A DNA stretch of 64,000 nucleotides, taken from contig NC_092672.1 in NCBI RefSeq assembly GCF_964355755.1, forward strand, positions 15,872,001 through 15,936,000. The letters are read 5' to 3'. The stretch is from Antedon mediterranea. Taxonomy: Eukaryota; Animalia; Echinodermata. Within the stretch, counting starts at the first letter, position 1; each line of letters begins with the position of its first letter. Made by a program: the position numbers and the translations under genes. This document shows positions 14,335 through 26,273 of the stretch, piece by piece. The notes under the pieces were generated by a model. The model saw only the letters and a list, made by a program, of their open reading frames with translations. It did not search any database and was not told the origin of the DNA.

Positions 14335-15480
14335 TTCATTTATTCATTCATTTTATTGTTCCACATAAAAGATATCACAAGACAAGACAAAGAAAAAAAT
14401 AAAAAAATCTGGTTAATTATTTGTTTATGTGTGGAAACTTAAATAAGCCAAATATATCACATTGTACATGGTAACGTAAATTGCTTTCTAAAAAAAAAGA
14501 ACAAAAAAGCCAAACAGATTTGATTGAATATAAATAGAAGGAAAAGTAAGAAATAAATTCCATAGTAACAAACTTATTAACTATCTAAAGAATATTGATG
14601 AATTAAGAACTGTTTGTATTTTTTTTTAAACAAAAGTAATGTTTGTGATAATTTAATTAATGTTTAAAGTTAAATTATTCCATAAAAATTGTCCGTTAAA
14701 AATGAAAGAATTTTTCCTGAGGGCTATAGTGAACTTTTCATAAATAAAATGTTTCCGGGTAGATGACCTGGTCTTATAAGGATGAAGCTAAATAAACATT
14801 GTAAACAACGAGTTAAAATGAGAAGGGAGTTGGTTATTAATAACACGAAACATAAATACAAGAGTTTGCAGTTTGTTAATATCGAATATGTTTAAAGTGT
14901 TTAGCTGATGGAATAATTGCCTTGTATGGGATCTTGGGGGTGCTCCAGTGCAAATCCTTATAGAGCCTTCTTTTGAAGCTTAAAGAGACAGTGAATTTTG
15001 GATGTTGATGGAATATTCCAAGGATCAGTCTGCAAAATGTTTTTAGAAATTGAAGCCCAAGCAATATTACAGTGGGTTAAGTATGGTAAAATGAGAGTGT
15101 TGTAAAGCAAAAATAAATATTGTATGGAAGAATATATTTTAATTTACTTAAAACACCAACATTTTTAGACACTGTTTTATTAGTAATCGCAATGTGTGTT
15201 TGCCAGTTCAATTTTGAATCAATTTGAATTTGAACCCAAAGAAATTTTAAATTGTTTCCTTTTTATATTGGGTTTCCATCGGTTATAATATCAAAAGGAA
15301 AAGTATTGTTACGGTTGTTCTTTTGTGTAAAGTAGATGAAGTTAGTTTTAGATGTGTAAACCCAAAGAAACTCTATCAAGCTCAGAATTAACATTAACAA
15401 GAGTGTTTAAATTTTTGTGAGAAAAGAAAATATTGCTGTCATCTGCGAATAAGATAAATTGAAAAATGAGGAAATATGTG
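14335..15480 (-). mobile_element. 5'-truncated LINE (CR1/L2-group) 3' part, nested in the Ginger element
   Basis: FILFADDSNIFFSHKNLNTL, FYNTLILPYLTHCNIAW, GQFLWNNL; (ATGA)-type tail near 14335-14355. Confidence 0.75.
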
Positions 15481-15969
15481 AGAATATATAATCAAACCTT
15501 ATTTAATCAAAATATATAAATACAACAATGAATGAAAAGTCCTTTTTTTACTACGCTAAACACCCCCCCCCCCACCCCCTTCCCCCAAAGAAAAAAATCA
15601 GAGGGCGCTATTACTTTATCCAAAGATAGTACTGTACTATCTTTGCTTTATCCTACGATTTTTACAATGGAATAATGGAAGATTCCGAACCGAAACGCCG
15701 ATTTATCCTTGCACATTTTAAATCACTCCGTTTCGATAATTTCTTTTCGATTTTACGGTAATATTTAGTATATTTACTCTAATAGTTTACATCAACCATT
15801 TGGACTTTTTCCAGGCTTCTTATGACATTTTTAAGGATAAATAAGCAATTTTGAAGGCCGGACCAGTTTTGGCCTAGCCGGACCTGTTTTAGCGGTTGTT
15901 TCAACGCCAAAATCGCTCCGACCGGATCAGTTTTTGCCCCGGACCAACTTTCGCGTTACAGGTCCACTC

Positions 15970-16570
15970 AGTGACTAGCCTATTAATAATTATTAGGCAT
16001 AGTAGTAGTAGTAGGCCTACTAGTCTTATTAATTAGCCTAGCTAGTAGCTAGGCCTAGCTAGCCTTACCTAGAGGGCATCTAGGGTAGGCGGCCTCCTCT
16101 AGGCTAGTCTAGGACTAGCCTTAGCCTAGGTCTAGCCTAGTATTAAGTAGTACTAGGCATAGGAGGCCTACCTAGCTAGGCATAGGCTAAGGTATGGATG
16201 CCTAGGCTAGCTAGGTACTAGCCTAGTAGGCCTAGCATCCAGGCCTCTATCTAGTAGTAGGATAAGCTCCTAGCTAGCCTAGGCCTAGGCTAGTAAGCCT
16301 AGAGGCCTAGCTAGGTAGGATAGTAGTAATATCCTAAATAATTTAATTATTAGGATGATGCCTAGGCCCTATTACTAGGCCTAGGTCCTCATAGCCGGCA
16401 TAGCTAGATACTAGCCTAGGCCTATGCTTTAGTACTATATGAGACTAGCCTAGGCCTATGTAGCACAGGCGGTCTAGTCTAGCATAGGGGGCCAGGCTAT
16501 GTATCTCCTCGGGCCTACCTACCTAGGCTCGCCTATAGTAGGCCTACCTAGGCTAGGCCCCTAGTAGGTG
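15970..16570. repeat. Low-complexity TAGGCCTA/TAGCTA/TAGCCTA-rich tract (contiguous with 10105-10226 before the Ginger insertion)
   Basis: Dense, irregular concatenation of TA-bounded GGCC/GCC/GGC/GC/G words. Confidence 0.85.
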
Positions 16571-16599
16571 ACCAATCCAAATGAGAACGAATTATGTTA

Positions 16600-17416
16600 C
16601 GCCGTGTTTAGGATTCCGGCACCGGAACTCAACTGCCCAGCGTTGGGGAATCCGACACGCTATTGCGCATGCCCAGAGCGAGTTAATCGGCGACTCTATA
16701 ATATTATACGCTACAGAATACTGTAACAGCGTGATGGACCAATTAATAGCGCCACGGCGAACTAGCCTAGCGCCCATTCATATATAAACTTCATATAATT
16801 ATGAATTATAATTACATCACTAATTTTATGATTTTTCAAGTACAAAAAAAAAGATTTCATATAACGCATTATAATGTAATAACATGCACTCGTATACATG
16901 ATTTTTTTTACGGCAGCCACCGTGCGGATATGATGTGAAAATAACAGAACTGTTCGGGAAGTCGGGGTCGCAACGCTACGCTATTCACTTTCGTACATTT
17001 CTTGAAGCGTTGTGACACTGGGCAGGCCTGTGTTTTTCTCCCGTTCCGAACTTCATACTTCCTCTGTCTAATAAAATTACATTATTACGATTCTTAGATA
17101 GATACTGATTCTTATCAATATCATAATAATTATTTTAACGCGTGGCCTAGTCGTATTTTATTTATTTAAATTCATGTATGGCCTGGTTCACATCCATCTC
17201 GTTCCACGCGCAATGACTAACTAGGCTACAGCAAAGAACGATATATATTCTTTGGCTACAGTAAATCCCTATAAAAACTACGTCCGACTCTCTCGGTGGT
17301 GTGGTGCGCGGTCTGTGACAGTGCTATAATTACTTTCCTCTGGGCATGCGCAATAGCGTGTCGGATTCCCTACCGGTGGGCAGTTGAATTCCGGTGCCGG
17401 AATCCTAACCACGGTG
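16600..17416. mobile_element. Mutator-like MITE
   Basis: ~80-bp TIRs (CGCCGTGTTTAGGATTCCGGCACCGGAA..) and exact 9-bp TSD ATTATGTTA at 16591-16599 and 17417-17425. Confidence 0.88.
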
Positions 17417-17826
17417 ATTATGTTATGCCTACCTGTCAAACCAATCTCTACGCCAATTGCATTCCATATATCTTGTAATTCGCGTCTGATTTGTTGAACA
17501 GCACCTCATTTCCTCTTGTACAAGGAGGATTAACGTTTCGTCTAGGCCCATAGATGACTCCATCGCGATTGACTCTTGATGATATCTGTCCGATTTTTTT
17601 TTTTGGCGCTTGCCATAAATAAAGCTCTCTGATTGGTTGAAATATTTTTATCGTTCGCGTCCAAATAAAATATCGCTCATGCAAGCGGTATGTAAAGCTA
17701 TCTTTTATCGTAAACGATAGAATCGTATAGTTATCGTCCTAGTGTGAACGGTTCTATTGATTTTAACTTAAGCGATTTTTTTCTATTGTGTATAGTTATA
17801 GTTATCGTCGTAGTATAAACAGGCCT

Positions 17827-18261
17827 TTAGTGTATATCTTTAATCATGTTTCTATCACAAAAAGATTCTAATTCTGCACTTATAAACTGAGGTCCATTAT
17901 TGGACACAATCTGTTCCGGTAAGCCATACCGTGAGATTATAAGTTTTAACTCTTCGATAGTTCTACTACTTCTTGTACTCTTCATAATGGACAACTTATT
18001 TATATATTTATATATATCCATTTAGAGTGACTACCTATCATTACAAGGAAATTATTTTTATCTTTTTCACTTTCGTTGGAAGGGTCTTACGGGCCAATTA
18101 AAGGTAATGTGGGTTTTCACACTCTGGCATGTTTGACATTTCTTAATTAGTCTTTCGATATCATTATCGAGTTGGGGCCACCACACATATGATCTTGCTA
18201 TCAATTTCATTTGGCAAATGCCTGGGCTGGGTGTTCGCAATGCAATGCATTCCCTAGTCAA
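17827..18261 (-). mobile_element. Ty3/Gypsy integrase N-terminal zinc finger and core (same element as 1480-1940)
   Basis: PGICQMKLIARSYVWWPQLDNDIERLIKKCQTCQ; YGLPEQIVSNNGPQFISAE. Confidence 0.88.
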
Positions 18262-19437
18262 TTTTGTAACGTATTAAATGAGCACATCGACGATCACGCT
18301 GTAAGAGGAATTTATTAAGGAACAAACAAACTGAATACATAAGTATATAGAGGGCGCAGCCCATAAATATCTAGCACATTTTACAGATGTGTTACTATTA
18401 TGGGATGTAGAAGAAAAACCCGCTAATTGGATCAGCCATGTGGCCTGATCCAATTAGCTGGTCAGTCTAATTACTGAAAACATCCGAAAATAACCGAAAA
18501 CAACCGTAAATAATCGAAATAAAAATAAAAAAAGCTAAACCGAAAAACAAATTTGTATAATTTTGTAATGTCGCCCTCTACTGATGGGTGTTTCTAGAGC
18601 TAAGAACTTTAAATCGTTTCATGAGGAACGTATACAAAATATTATTTGTTATAGCCATATAGTAGGCCTAAATGACCATAACAGCGTCCTCTATAGATCG
18701 CCAAAATTCTTGATGTCCTGTGAGGCCTCCATACTTTTATCGGCAGGCCTGGCTATGATTTTCGCGAAGCTAAGCTGGCGATGGATTTCAGAAGGGTGCT
18801 CAATTATTAATTGATTAAAAAAATAGTTAAAATTTTAAAATTATCGATTTTTTACAATTTTATGCACAAACCAATCTGTTAAGTACACTTAGAAATGATT
18901 TATTTATCAGAAATTTTAAGATAAATAATTTGCGTGAGATTGCCAGCAACAGAAATAAGTGGCTTTTGTTATTTTGAATCTTTATTTTTACATTATTTTA
19001 TATTTTTTGTTGTTGTAGGATGCATGCATATAAGAACGTATCAGATTTTGTAAATCCACAGTGCGTGGTTTTGTTACATTTTTTGGAATAAAGTTACCTA
19101 TTATAGAATGTTGTAAACAACTCGTGAGTAGGTAGGTTGGATGGAGTATTAAAACAATTTTGAGTAATTTTAAGGGGTGGGTACGAAACTGCATTAGCGC
19201 CGTCTTTCCTTTACTTTTTAACGGGACCGATTGTCTAATTTTGTTAGGCCTGAAAGGTCCACACAATTGGGCCCGAACACCCATCGTCTTGCAATGAGCC
19301 CAATCGTCCATCAATCGTACTAGGCCTAGGCCCTAGGCCTAGGCCTATATAGAGAGGGCCCAGCAGGGCCCGGGTGTGGCAGGCCTTACCTAATTAAATA
19401 GCTAAGAACTAAGGTGGCCTAAAAAAAAGTTACATAC

Positions 19438-19570
19438 TGTCAACAAATGTTTTACACTCATCCCTGAGCTGTACTGTCTGTTGCTGAACTTCAGGTTCCA
19501 AAACTCGAATTTTGTTTAATTCATCAAAGTGTAAGCCGGCTTTAGAGAGAGCCTCATCTGCCGCCGCCAT
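19438..19570 (-). CDS. IFT20: Intraflagellar transport protein 20, coding exon 1 (remaining exons not seen; presumably left of the window)
   Basis: [44 protein letters not shown] + phase-1 donor GTATGT; matches the IFT20 N-terminus ([25 protein letters not shown]). Confidence 0.95.
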
Positions 19571-20339
19571 GACTACTATCTAACATCATGAAGTAACAAA
19601 CCTTTTTTAAGAATATGGAACGCCTTTACTGCCTTTACTCTCTAGACACAATATTTCCTGATATCATTTCAGGTGACGCATGCGCAGCAATCAAAGGCAA
19701 CACTATGTTGAATTCGTTATGTCTTATGTCCTGATCAAACAAACAGTTGTTCATCACTTGAAAGAATGTATCTTAACTCTATCGCCCGTTTTCTTAAATC
19801 AGACTTTAGTCGTAGTTAGAGCTAAAAAAAAGGCGTCATTTTAATTCATAAACCGAACTTCAACTAAATCGGCGGCGACTACATCAGGCCAACCTCGACT
19901 CTAAATTGAGAAATTGCATGTTGCTGCAGACTGTCCGGCATGCGGTATGACCACTAGAGGGAGTTTGTGTCCGCCCACCAACCGGTACCTTGTAAAATTG
20001 CCCGTCGATTCCATTTTACAGTGGGTAATTATTGTATCTACAGTGTGGTAGACTACCTTCAGATACTACTTATAATGGTATTTGATATACTGTATGTAGT
20101 TTTTTAAATTATTAAATGACTTTTTATAATTGTATATTCACGAATTTGAAAATATTGGCAACAGAGGGCGCTATTTTTTCATTTATAACAGAGTAATACG
20201 ACCTAACCCTAACCTAACCCTAACCCTATCTAGTAGGCTTACGGTTACGACATTTTAGTGTCAAAGGTCAATTAGCATGCTGCATGCGTGCTCGCGCCTT
20301 TATTTTGTATTTTTTACTTTAATTAAATTTTTCTTTAAT

Positions 20340-21878
20340 TTTTCTTTTGCATTACGGATGGAGTAACCGATATTGAACTTATATACCAAGTTTGAAATAT
20401 TTTTTGAATTCGATAAATATTTTTTCTAGAAGTTTTTGTATGTGACTATTTCCCTGTGCTCCACTGGCGCCAAATTGGATCCACTGGAGCACAGTGTATT
20501 AACATACGAACATTTCTTTTGTAAAAAAAAAATACTCCTTGATTTCAATATATATTTTTGATTTAAGTTGCTCAATTTACAGGGAAAAATCGAATTCCTA
20601 ACCGTTTTTTGTTGTTGTCAAAATCATTATTAGATTTTAACATAATATGTGTCGGAATTGTATGTTTTTTCATAAGTATTATCTTAAGCGAACGCAAGTT
20701 ATTAAAATCACTGATGTGGCTTGAAACTATTTTTTCTTTTGGTTTACGGATGGAGTAACCGATATTGAACATATAGGCCTATATCAAGTTTGAAATATTT
20801 TTAAATTCCAGAAGTATTTTTTCTCGATGTTTTTGTATGTGACTATTTCCCTGTGCTCCCATTGGTGCCAAATTGGGTCCACTTGAGCACAGTGTATTAA
20901 CAGACGAAAAGATATTATAATTTAGTGACTTTTTTCTATTTTATATTACTGTGCTCACTGGCGCGCGCGCCAAATTGGGTCCACGTAAGCACAGTGTATT
21001 AACATACGAAAAGATATTAAAATTCAGTGACTTATTTCTATTTTATATCACTGTGCTCCCCTAGCTCCAAATTGGGTTGGGTCCACTTGAGCACAGTGTA
21101 TTAACATACGAAAAGATATTAAAATTCAGTGACTTATTTCTATTTTATATCACTATGCTCCCCTAGCTCCAAATTGGGTCCAGTTGAGCACAGTGTATTA
21201 ACATACGAAAAGATATTAAAATTCAGTGACTTATTTCTATTTCATACCACTGTGCTCCACTGGCGCCAAATTGGGTCCACTTGAGCACAGTGTATTAACA
21301 TACGAAAATATATTAACATTCAATGACTTATTTCTATTTTATATCACTGTGCTCTCCTGGCGCCAAATTGGGTCCACTTGAGCACAGTGTATTAACATAC
21401 GAAAAGATATTAAAATTCAGTGACTTTTTTCTATTTTATATCACTGTGCTCCACTGGCTCCAAATTGGGTCCACTTGAGCACAGTGTATTAACATACGAA
21501 AAGATATTAAAATTCAGTGACTTTTTTCTATTTTATATCACTGTACTCCCCTGGCTCCAAATTGTGTCCATTTGAGCACAGTGTATTAACATACGAAAAG
21601 ATATTAAAATTTAGTAACTTATTTCTATTTTATATCACTGTGCTCCACTGGCTCCAAATTGGGTCCACTTGAGCACAGTGTATTAACATACGAAAAGATA
21701 TTCAAATTCAGTGACTTATTTCTATTTTATATCACTGCGCTCCACTAGTGCTAAATTTGGTCCACTGGAGCAGCTACCGTAGTACTATTTCTATTTCGTA
21801 AGTAAATAAAGGCATAAATGGCGCTCCGTAGAAGTAGAGAATGCTCGATCGTCGAAATGACGCTATGAATATACCTCG
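20340..21878 (+). repeat. Array of 97-bp hairpin-containing repeats (about 10-11 units) plus a terminal segment; arm of a foldback-like element
   Basis: Unit CACTGTGCTCCACTGGCGCCAAATTGGGTCCACTTGAGCACAGTGTATTAACATACGAAAAGATATTAAAATTCAGTGACTTATTTCTATTTTATAT, period 97 (e.g. 21186, 21283, 21380). Confidence 0.9.
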
Positions 21879-22546
21879 TGCAGGTTATGAATATTAATGA
21901 GGTTTCGTTACTCTTATGATGATCGAACGCATTCGATTCAGAAATGGTTGCTTATAGCCTAAAGCAGGAAATTTAAAACAAAGACAAAAACTGTGTGAAT
22001 AATTATTAATATATAAATGTCTCTAGCAAAATTAATGGGACAATTAATGTTTAAAAGATCGCTGTTGGATGAGTATGAAATAAAATAAAATAAAATAAAA
22101 ATAAAAATAAATCTAAACTTGTACATTTATGCCGGTAAGGGAAAGAGTGCCAACCTTAACAATTTTTCTTTCAATTAATTAATTAATTCTACGACATGTC
22201 TCAGAACCATTAGGCCTACATACCTTAACACCAGACATTTCTTCTCTATGATCTGAGATTCATAACTAAAAAGACACTACAACACAACCAATTTCTGTTT
22301 TATGCTTTTTACAATTAACAATTTCCAAAATATCTTTCAGTTTATTATTACTGACTTTGTAGCAACCACAATCTGATTTTTATGTAAACTCGTTAATTGT
22401 TCTTTTTATAAATCTAGAAATTGTTAACTATGTGTGCACATAAACATGAGGGATATAATTAAATATGTTGCTCAATTTAAAACTAAAACTATCTAAAACT
22501 ATTATAGTGTAGTAATTTGTCAATGTATTTGACTTTTTATTTAGGC

Positions 22547-23600
22547 CTACTCATCAAGAATATCTAAAATTGTATTGTACAAATCAAGTGCTTCCTCTGC
22601 TGTTGTAGGCATAAGAAAGTCAGTGAAGACTTCTCGTAATATTTCTATGAATTGAGTACTACAACCATACTGTGGATATTGCTCACAATATCGATCCTCG
22701 ACTTCGTTTATTTCGTCATCACCAAATAGCAATGGTTTTAATTGATTTGTGTTTCCAGATGCTTGTAGAATTTCGTACAGCAGAGATGGTATACCTGCTG
22801 GACAGTCAGCATTTCGTTGACTACGAATACTGTGATTGTTCCACAAATCGACTGCTTTGTCTAGGCCTAATTCGTTTTGAAATATTCTAGTACAGTAAAA
22901 TAAAACCTAATGCATTCCAAATGTACTACGTTACTATTATCAAAACGTCCCATGTCTGCAATAGCTTTTAAGAAATTGATCCAATATTGTACGGTCATTC
23001 TGCGGAGTTGTGACAAAAAACCTTCGATCCTTTGGTTTGGTACAGATCTGCCATATCAAAAGCTACGCAATCCGGATAACCCGTCATCATGGTCCGTTCG
23101 TAAAACAATTTGCAAATCCCTTACCAAGTTATTCTTGGTTCCACGGTCAGCTCACACTGCACTCGGTACTCCCTATAGTCTTCTCACTAACCGCAAGTAA
23201 AATCCAGCCATGAATTTTGGGTTATTATTGCTCATGCCTACTTGCAACCACAGCACTTTACGAGATAATCTATATCTATAGCACCATGCACAGCAAAACC
23301 AAATTGTTTCAATTTGTCATATCCATCTATATGCCACACTTCATTAGGATCACTACACACATTTTCTACGAATAAGACGATTACGAGATCGAAGAGCTAC
23401 TCCTTCTGGATCTAAAATTCCAAGAAGCAATCTAATTGTATGTTGAGTTACTCTTAAGTGGTATTGGCAATTCAGCCTGCGCCACATAAGCCTGTTATCC
23501 TAGTAGTCTACCACTACCATTCAGCTCGATCCTCTATAGCAGTAACAATATTGTCAATATTAAATTCCTCTCCGTAAAAACGTGCCCCATGTTTGGTCAC
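22547..23600 (-). pseudogene. Decayed rve-like DDE integrase-core transposase (IS3EU-like, inferred)
   Basis: ELNGSGRLLG..LDPEGVASRSRNRLIRR..PNEVWHIDGYDKLKQFGFAVHGAID..ADRGT..GRSVPNQRIE..WNNHSIRSQRN..PAGIP, with stops and frameshifts. Confidence 0.8.
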
Positions 23601-23769
23601 TCATTATGAATACTCATGGTTTTAATCTGCGGTTGTACAGTTTTCACAAAATGGACGAAGATATGATCTCATCATCTGTTTCCATTCCATCATATCGATT
23701 GCTTTATTCCGTCTTTTCAAGATAATTATCTCAGTAACTCGGAATCTCGGAAGGTCAATTTAAGCTTCC

Positions 23770-23965
23770 ATTTAATACACTGTGCTCAAGTGGAACCAAT
23801 TTGGCGTCAGTGGAGCACAGTGATATAAAATAGAAACAAGTCACTGAATTTTAATATCTTTTCGTATGTTAATACACTGTGCTCAAGTGGCCCAATTTGG
23901 TACCAGTGGAGCACAGTGATATAACATAGAAATAAAGTCAATACATTTTAATATTTGTTCGTATG
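23770..23965 (-). repeat. 97-bp repeat units in reverse orientation (further pieces at 25847-25925 and 31634-31800)
   Basis: TAATACACTGTGCTCAAGTGGA.CCAATTTGGCG.CAGTGGAGCACAGTGATATAAAATAGAAA is the reverse complement of the unit. Confidence 0.88.
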
Positions 23966-24169
23966 CATGGAATATTTATTGAAAGCTTAGCTTCAAATAT
24001 TGCTCAATATTTATTATTCATTTTTTCTTCAAGGTGAAATAATAATCATTTTTAATTTGTGAAACATTTAATATTCATTTCCTTTATTGCATCAAGTAAA
24101 CAGAAGTTGACATAAATATTTAAAAAACATCATTTAAAAACACTTTATCAAAAAAAAAAAACAAAAAAA

Positions 24170-25840
24170 AAACAAAAACACAGTATAACACAAATCAATC
24201 TAAAAAATATCAAAGTCCACAGATCAGTCTTTCAATGGTCATCATAGTACATCCAGGAACATAAACCCAAAGGGGTTCACAATTTGCTTATAATACCTCA
24301 GCTTCTGATCAATCACTAATCATTGAAAACTCCGTGGAAAGTAATGAAGTTTTTTGTGCGTTGTGTCTTGACTTTGGGGAGGGTGAACGATCTAACGCGT
24401 CGGAGCTGATGGTTGTGTGTGGGAGGTTTAGGTAGGAGAGAGTGTAATCTATGATCTTCTTTTTTCATTTTATCAAAGAAATTCTTGACAATTCTCGCGG
24501 CGTTCAGATAGAGTGATGATATTAAGGTATCTGCGGGTATCAGCATACGAGGTACCATCAGGGCATATTATGTTACACGCTCTTCTTTGGACATGTCGAT
24601 TTGGTCAGATTGTGCTTTGGATAAACTCGGGGACCAAACAACACAGGCATATTCGAGAACTGGTCGTATCACTGCTTGATAGTATCGGAGCAGTTCCAGT
24701 CTATCTAAGCCAGACCTCTTGAGTTGTTTGAGAAAAAACAACCTTGGTACAACGCGCTTGGTTAGACAGTCAACATGCGTCTGCCACGACAATTCACGGT
24801 CAAGATTGACACCTAGTAACTTTGCATACTCAACACACTTGACTTCAGATCCATTCACAGTGAACGGGTCAAACTCAGTTGGTGTTTTCTTGCATGTAAT
24901 GCGCAGTTCAACCGATTTTTTCCCATTCAGTTTCATACCATTTTCTTCGCACCATTTAAATATACTGTTCATATTATCTTGAATTTTGCACTCGGAGTTC
25001 TTATTATATCTTTGGTAAAAGGTTGTATCGTCCATATATTTCATAAGCGGCAGATCGGCCTGGAGGTCATCAATGAAGGCAACAAACAGGATTGGACCAA
25101 GACATGATCCTTGTGGGATTCCTCTGTTTGGTATTAGCCAGGGTGAGAAGACATTCTTCAATTTCACTCTGTGTTTTCTATCTGCAAGAAAAGCTTGAAT
25201 CCATGCTACAAGAACTCTGTCGATACCTATGTTCTTTAACTTTCTAATTAAAATGTGATGGTCGATCATATCATACGCTTTGCTAAAATCCAATAGGAGA
25301 GCACGTACTTCCTCGACAGCATCAGTGGCTTGGTACCAGTGATGCAATAATGAGATGAGGGCGTCAGTTGTTGAGACCCCCTTTGAGCTACCAAATTGGT
25401 TGTTTGATAGTTTGTCTTTCAGTTGGTCCTATACAAAACTACCAATTAAGCTCTCTACAATTTTTGCAGCTACAGATATTAACGAAATGGGTCGGAGATC
25501 GGTTTGGAAACAGCCAGTGGGGTTTATTTTCGGTATTGGCACAATATTAGCCATTTTCCATTCATCCGGGATATACGACTCTCTTAGACTTGAGTTGGCA
25601 ATAGCGCAAAGGGGACCGGTGAGACTTTGTGCTCCATCTCGAAGAATCCATGTTGGAATATTGTCGGGGCCTATTGCCTTGTTACCTTGGACTGATCTCA
25701 GCTTACATTCCATTGCCTCGACAGGGACATACAGATGGTCAGGTACAACTCCTGCTGGATGTGGATGTGGAATGGGTTCTAAAGCCGACGTTATGGATTG
25801 GAGAAACACGTTGATCCCTTCAGCCAATTTGGTCATATTA
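24170..25840 (-). mobile_element. 5'-truncated LINE (CR1/L2-group) with reverse transcriptase, inserted in the 97-bp array
   Basis: KAIGPDNIP..LRPISL, LLDFSKAYD, GIPQGSCLGPILF, KYMDDT, IRPVLEYACVVW; one stop and one frameshift. Confidence 0.92.
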
Positions 25841-25929
25841 ACATCGTATCGTAAACATTGTGCTCAAATGGACCAAAATTGGCACGAGTGGAGCACAGTG
25901 ATATCAAGTTGAAATGAAGTCATTAAGAA

Positions 25930-26273
25930 ATACCGTTTGGTGTGTTACCTTGAATTTACCTTGAATCGCCACAGTCTTCTTTCGATAGAGTGTGGCAGGG
26001 TTAAAGGGGCTTTTTGGCCCATTATGAACCCATCTTTTTCTTGAAGCAGAGTAGGTTTGGAGCGGATATTGCACTTTGTGGTAAGTTGTTCCAGTCATTT
26101 ACTACACGCTGGCTGTAGAAGAATTTCCTACTGTCTTTTCTCAATTTGTACGAGTGTCCTCTTGTCTTTCCATACTCGGCTTTCTTAAACATTTTTGTAG
26201 GCTCAATTTTATCTTTCTGTGTTATAATGCGGTATGTTTGTATAAGGTCACCTCTTCTTCTTCTATCTTAATC
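25930..26273 (-). mobile_element. CR1 LINE 3'-end fragment
   Basis: RRRGDLIQTYRII..TRGHSYKL..KFFYSQRVVNDWNNLP; short tandem tail (TTCAAGGTAA)2. Confidence 0.8.

Larger units (their letters stand above)
10227..15960 (+). mobile_element. Ginger1-like DNA transposon (decayed)
   Basis: TGT...ACA termini, ~230-bp imperfect TIRs, 4-bp flanks GGCC/GGTC; internal GPY/F and OTU-like remnants. Confidence 0.8.
8785..17563 (-). pseudogene. Harbinger accessory MADF(Myb/SANT)-BESS gene, 3 exons: 17563-17433, 9594-9445, 9051-8785
   Basis: MESSMGLDETLILLVQ..NEVLFNKSDANYK..WNAIGVEIGLT|GDEAQKKWGNIRDAF..KSG..YKYANILGFLDPFL|..DVDLFFCAMAETTKSFPKRQQIEVKRKIQQLISE (BESS-like); GT-AG introns; frameshifts in each exon. 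Confidence 0.85.
1943..17826 (+). mobile_element. PIF/Harbinger DNA transposon (two-gene type, decayed, 15.9 kb including nested insertions)
   Basis: TIR AGGCCTGTTTATACTACGACGATAACTATAACTATA at 1943 with its reverse complement ending at 17826; flanked by TAA (left) and TTA (right); contains a transposase (+) and a convergent MADF-BESS gene (-). Confidence 0.92.

Noticed and set aside
18265-18385. Possible short LTR (TGTAA...TTACA with a minus-strand AATAAA) next to the Gypsy fragment
   Set aside because: No partner LTR, PBS or TSD found in the window; too weak to call
1-19437. IFT20 exon 2 (IGQFQKIVGG-like)
   Set aside because: Not found by eye on the minus strand; presumed to lie outside the window
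20202-20227. Telomeric (CCCTAA)n
   Set aside because: Only about 4 imperfect units and interstitial; such runs are common in repeats
20849-21770. CRISPR-like array (palindromic repeat plus spacer)
   Set aside because: The 'spacers' are near-identical between units, the context is eukaryotic, and no cas genes are present
20849-21770. RAG RSS-like cassettes: CACTGTG-29 nt-CACAGTG with a 12-nt gap before an A-rich stretch
   Set aside because: The nonamer match is poor (AAAAGATAT vs ACAAAAACC), the heptamers are simply arms of a longer palindrome, the inner segments are nearly invariant, and no RAG/Transib ORF is in the window
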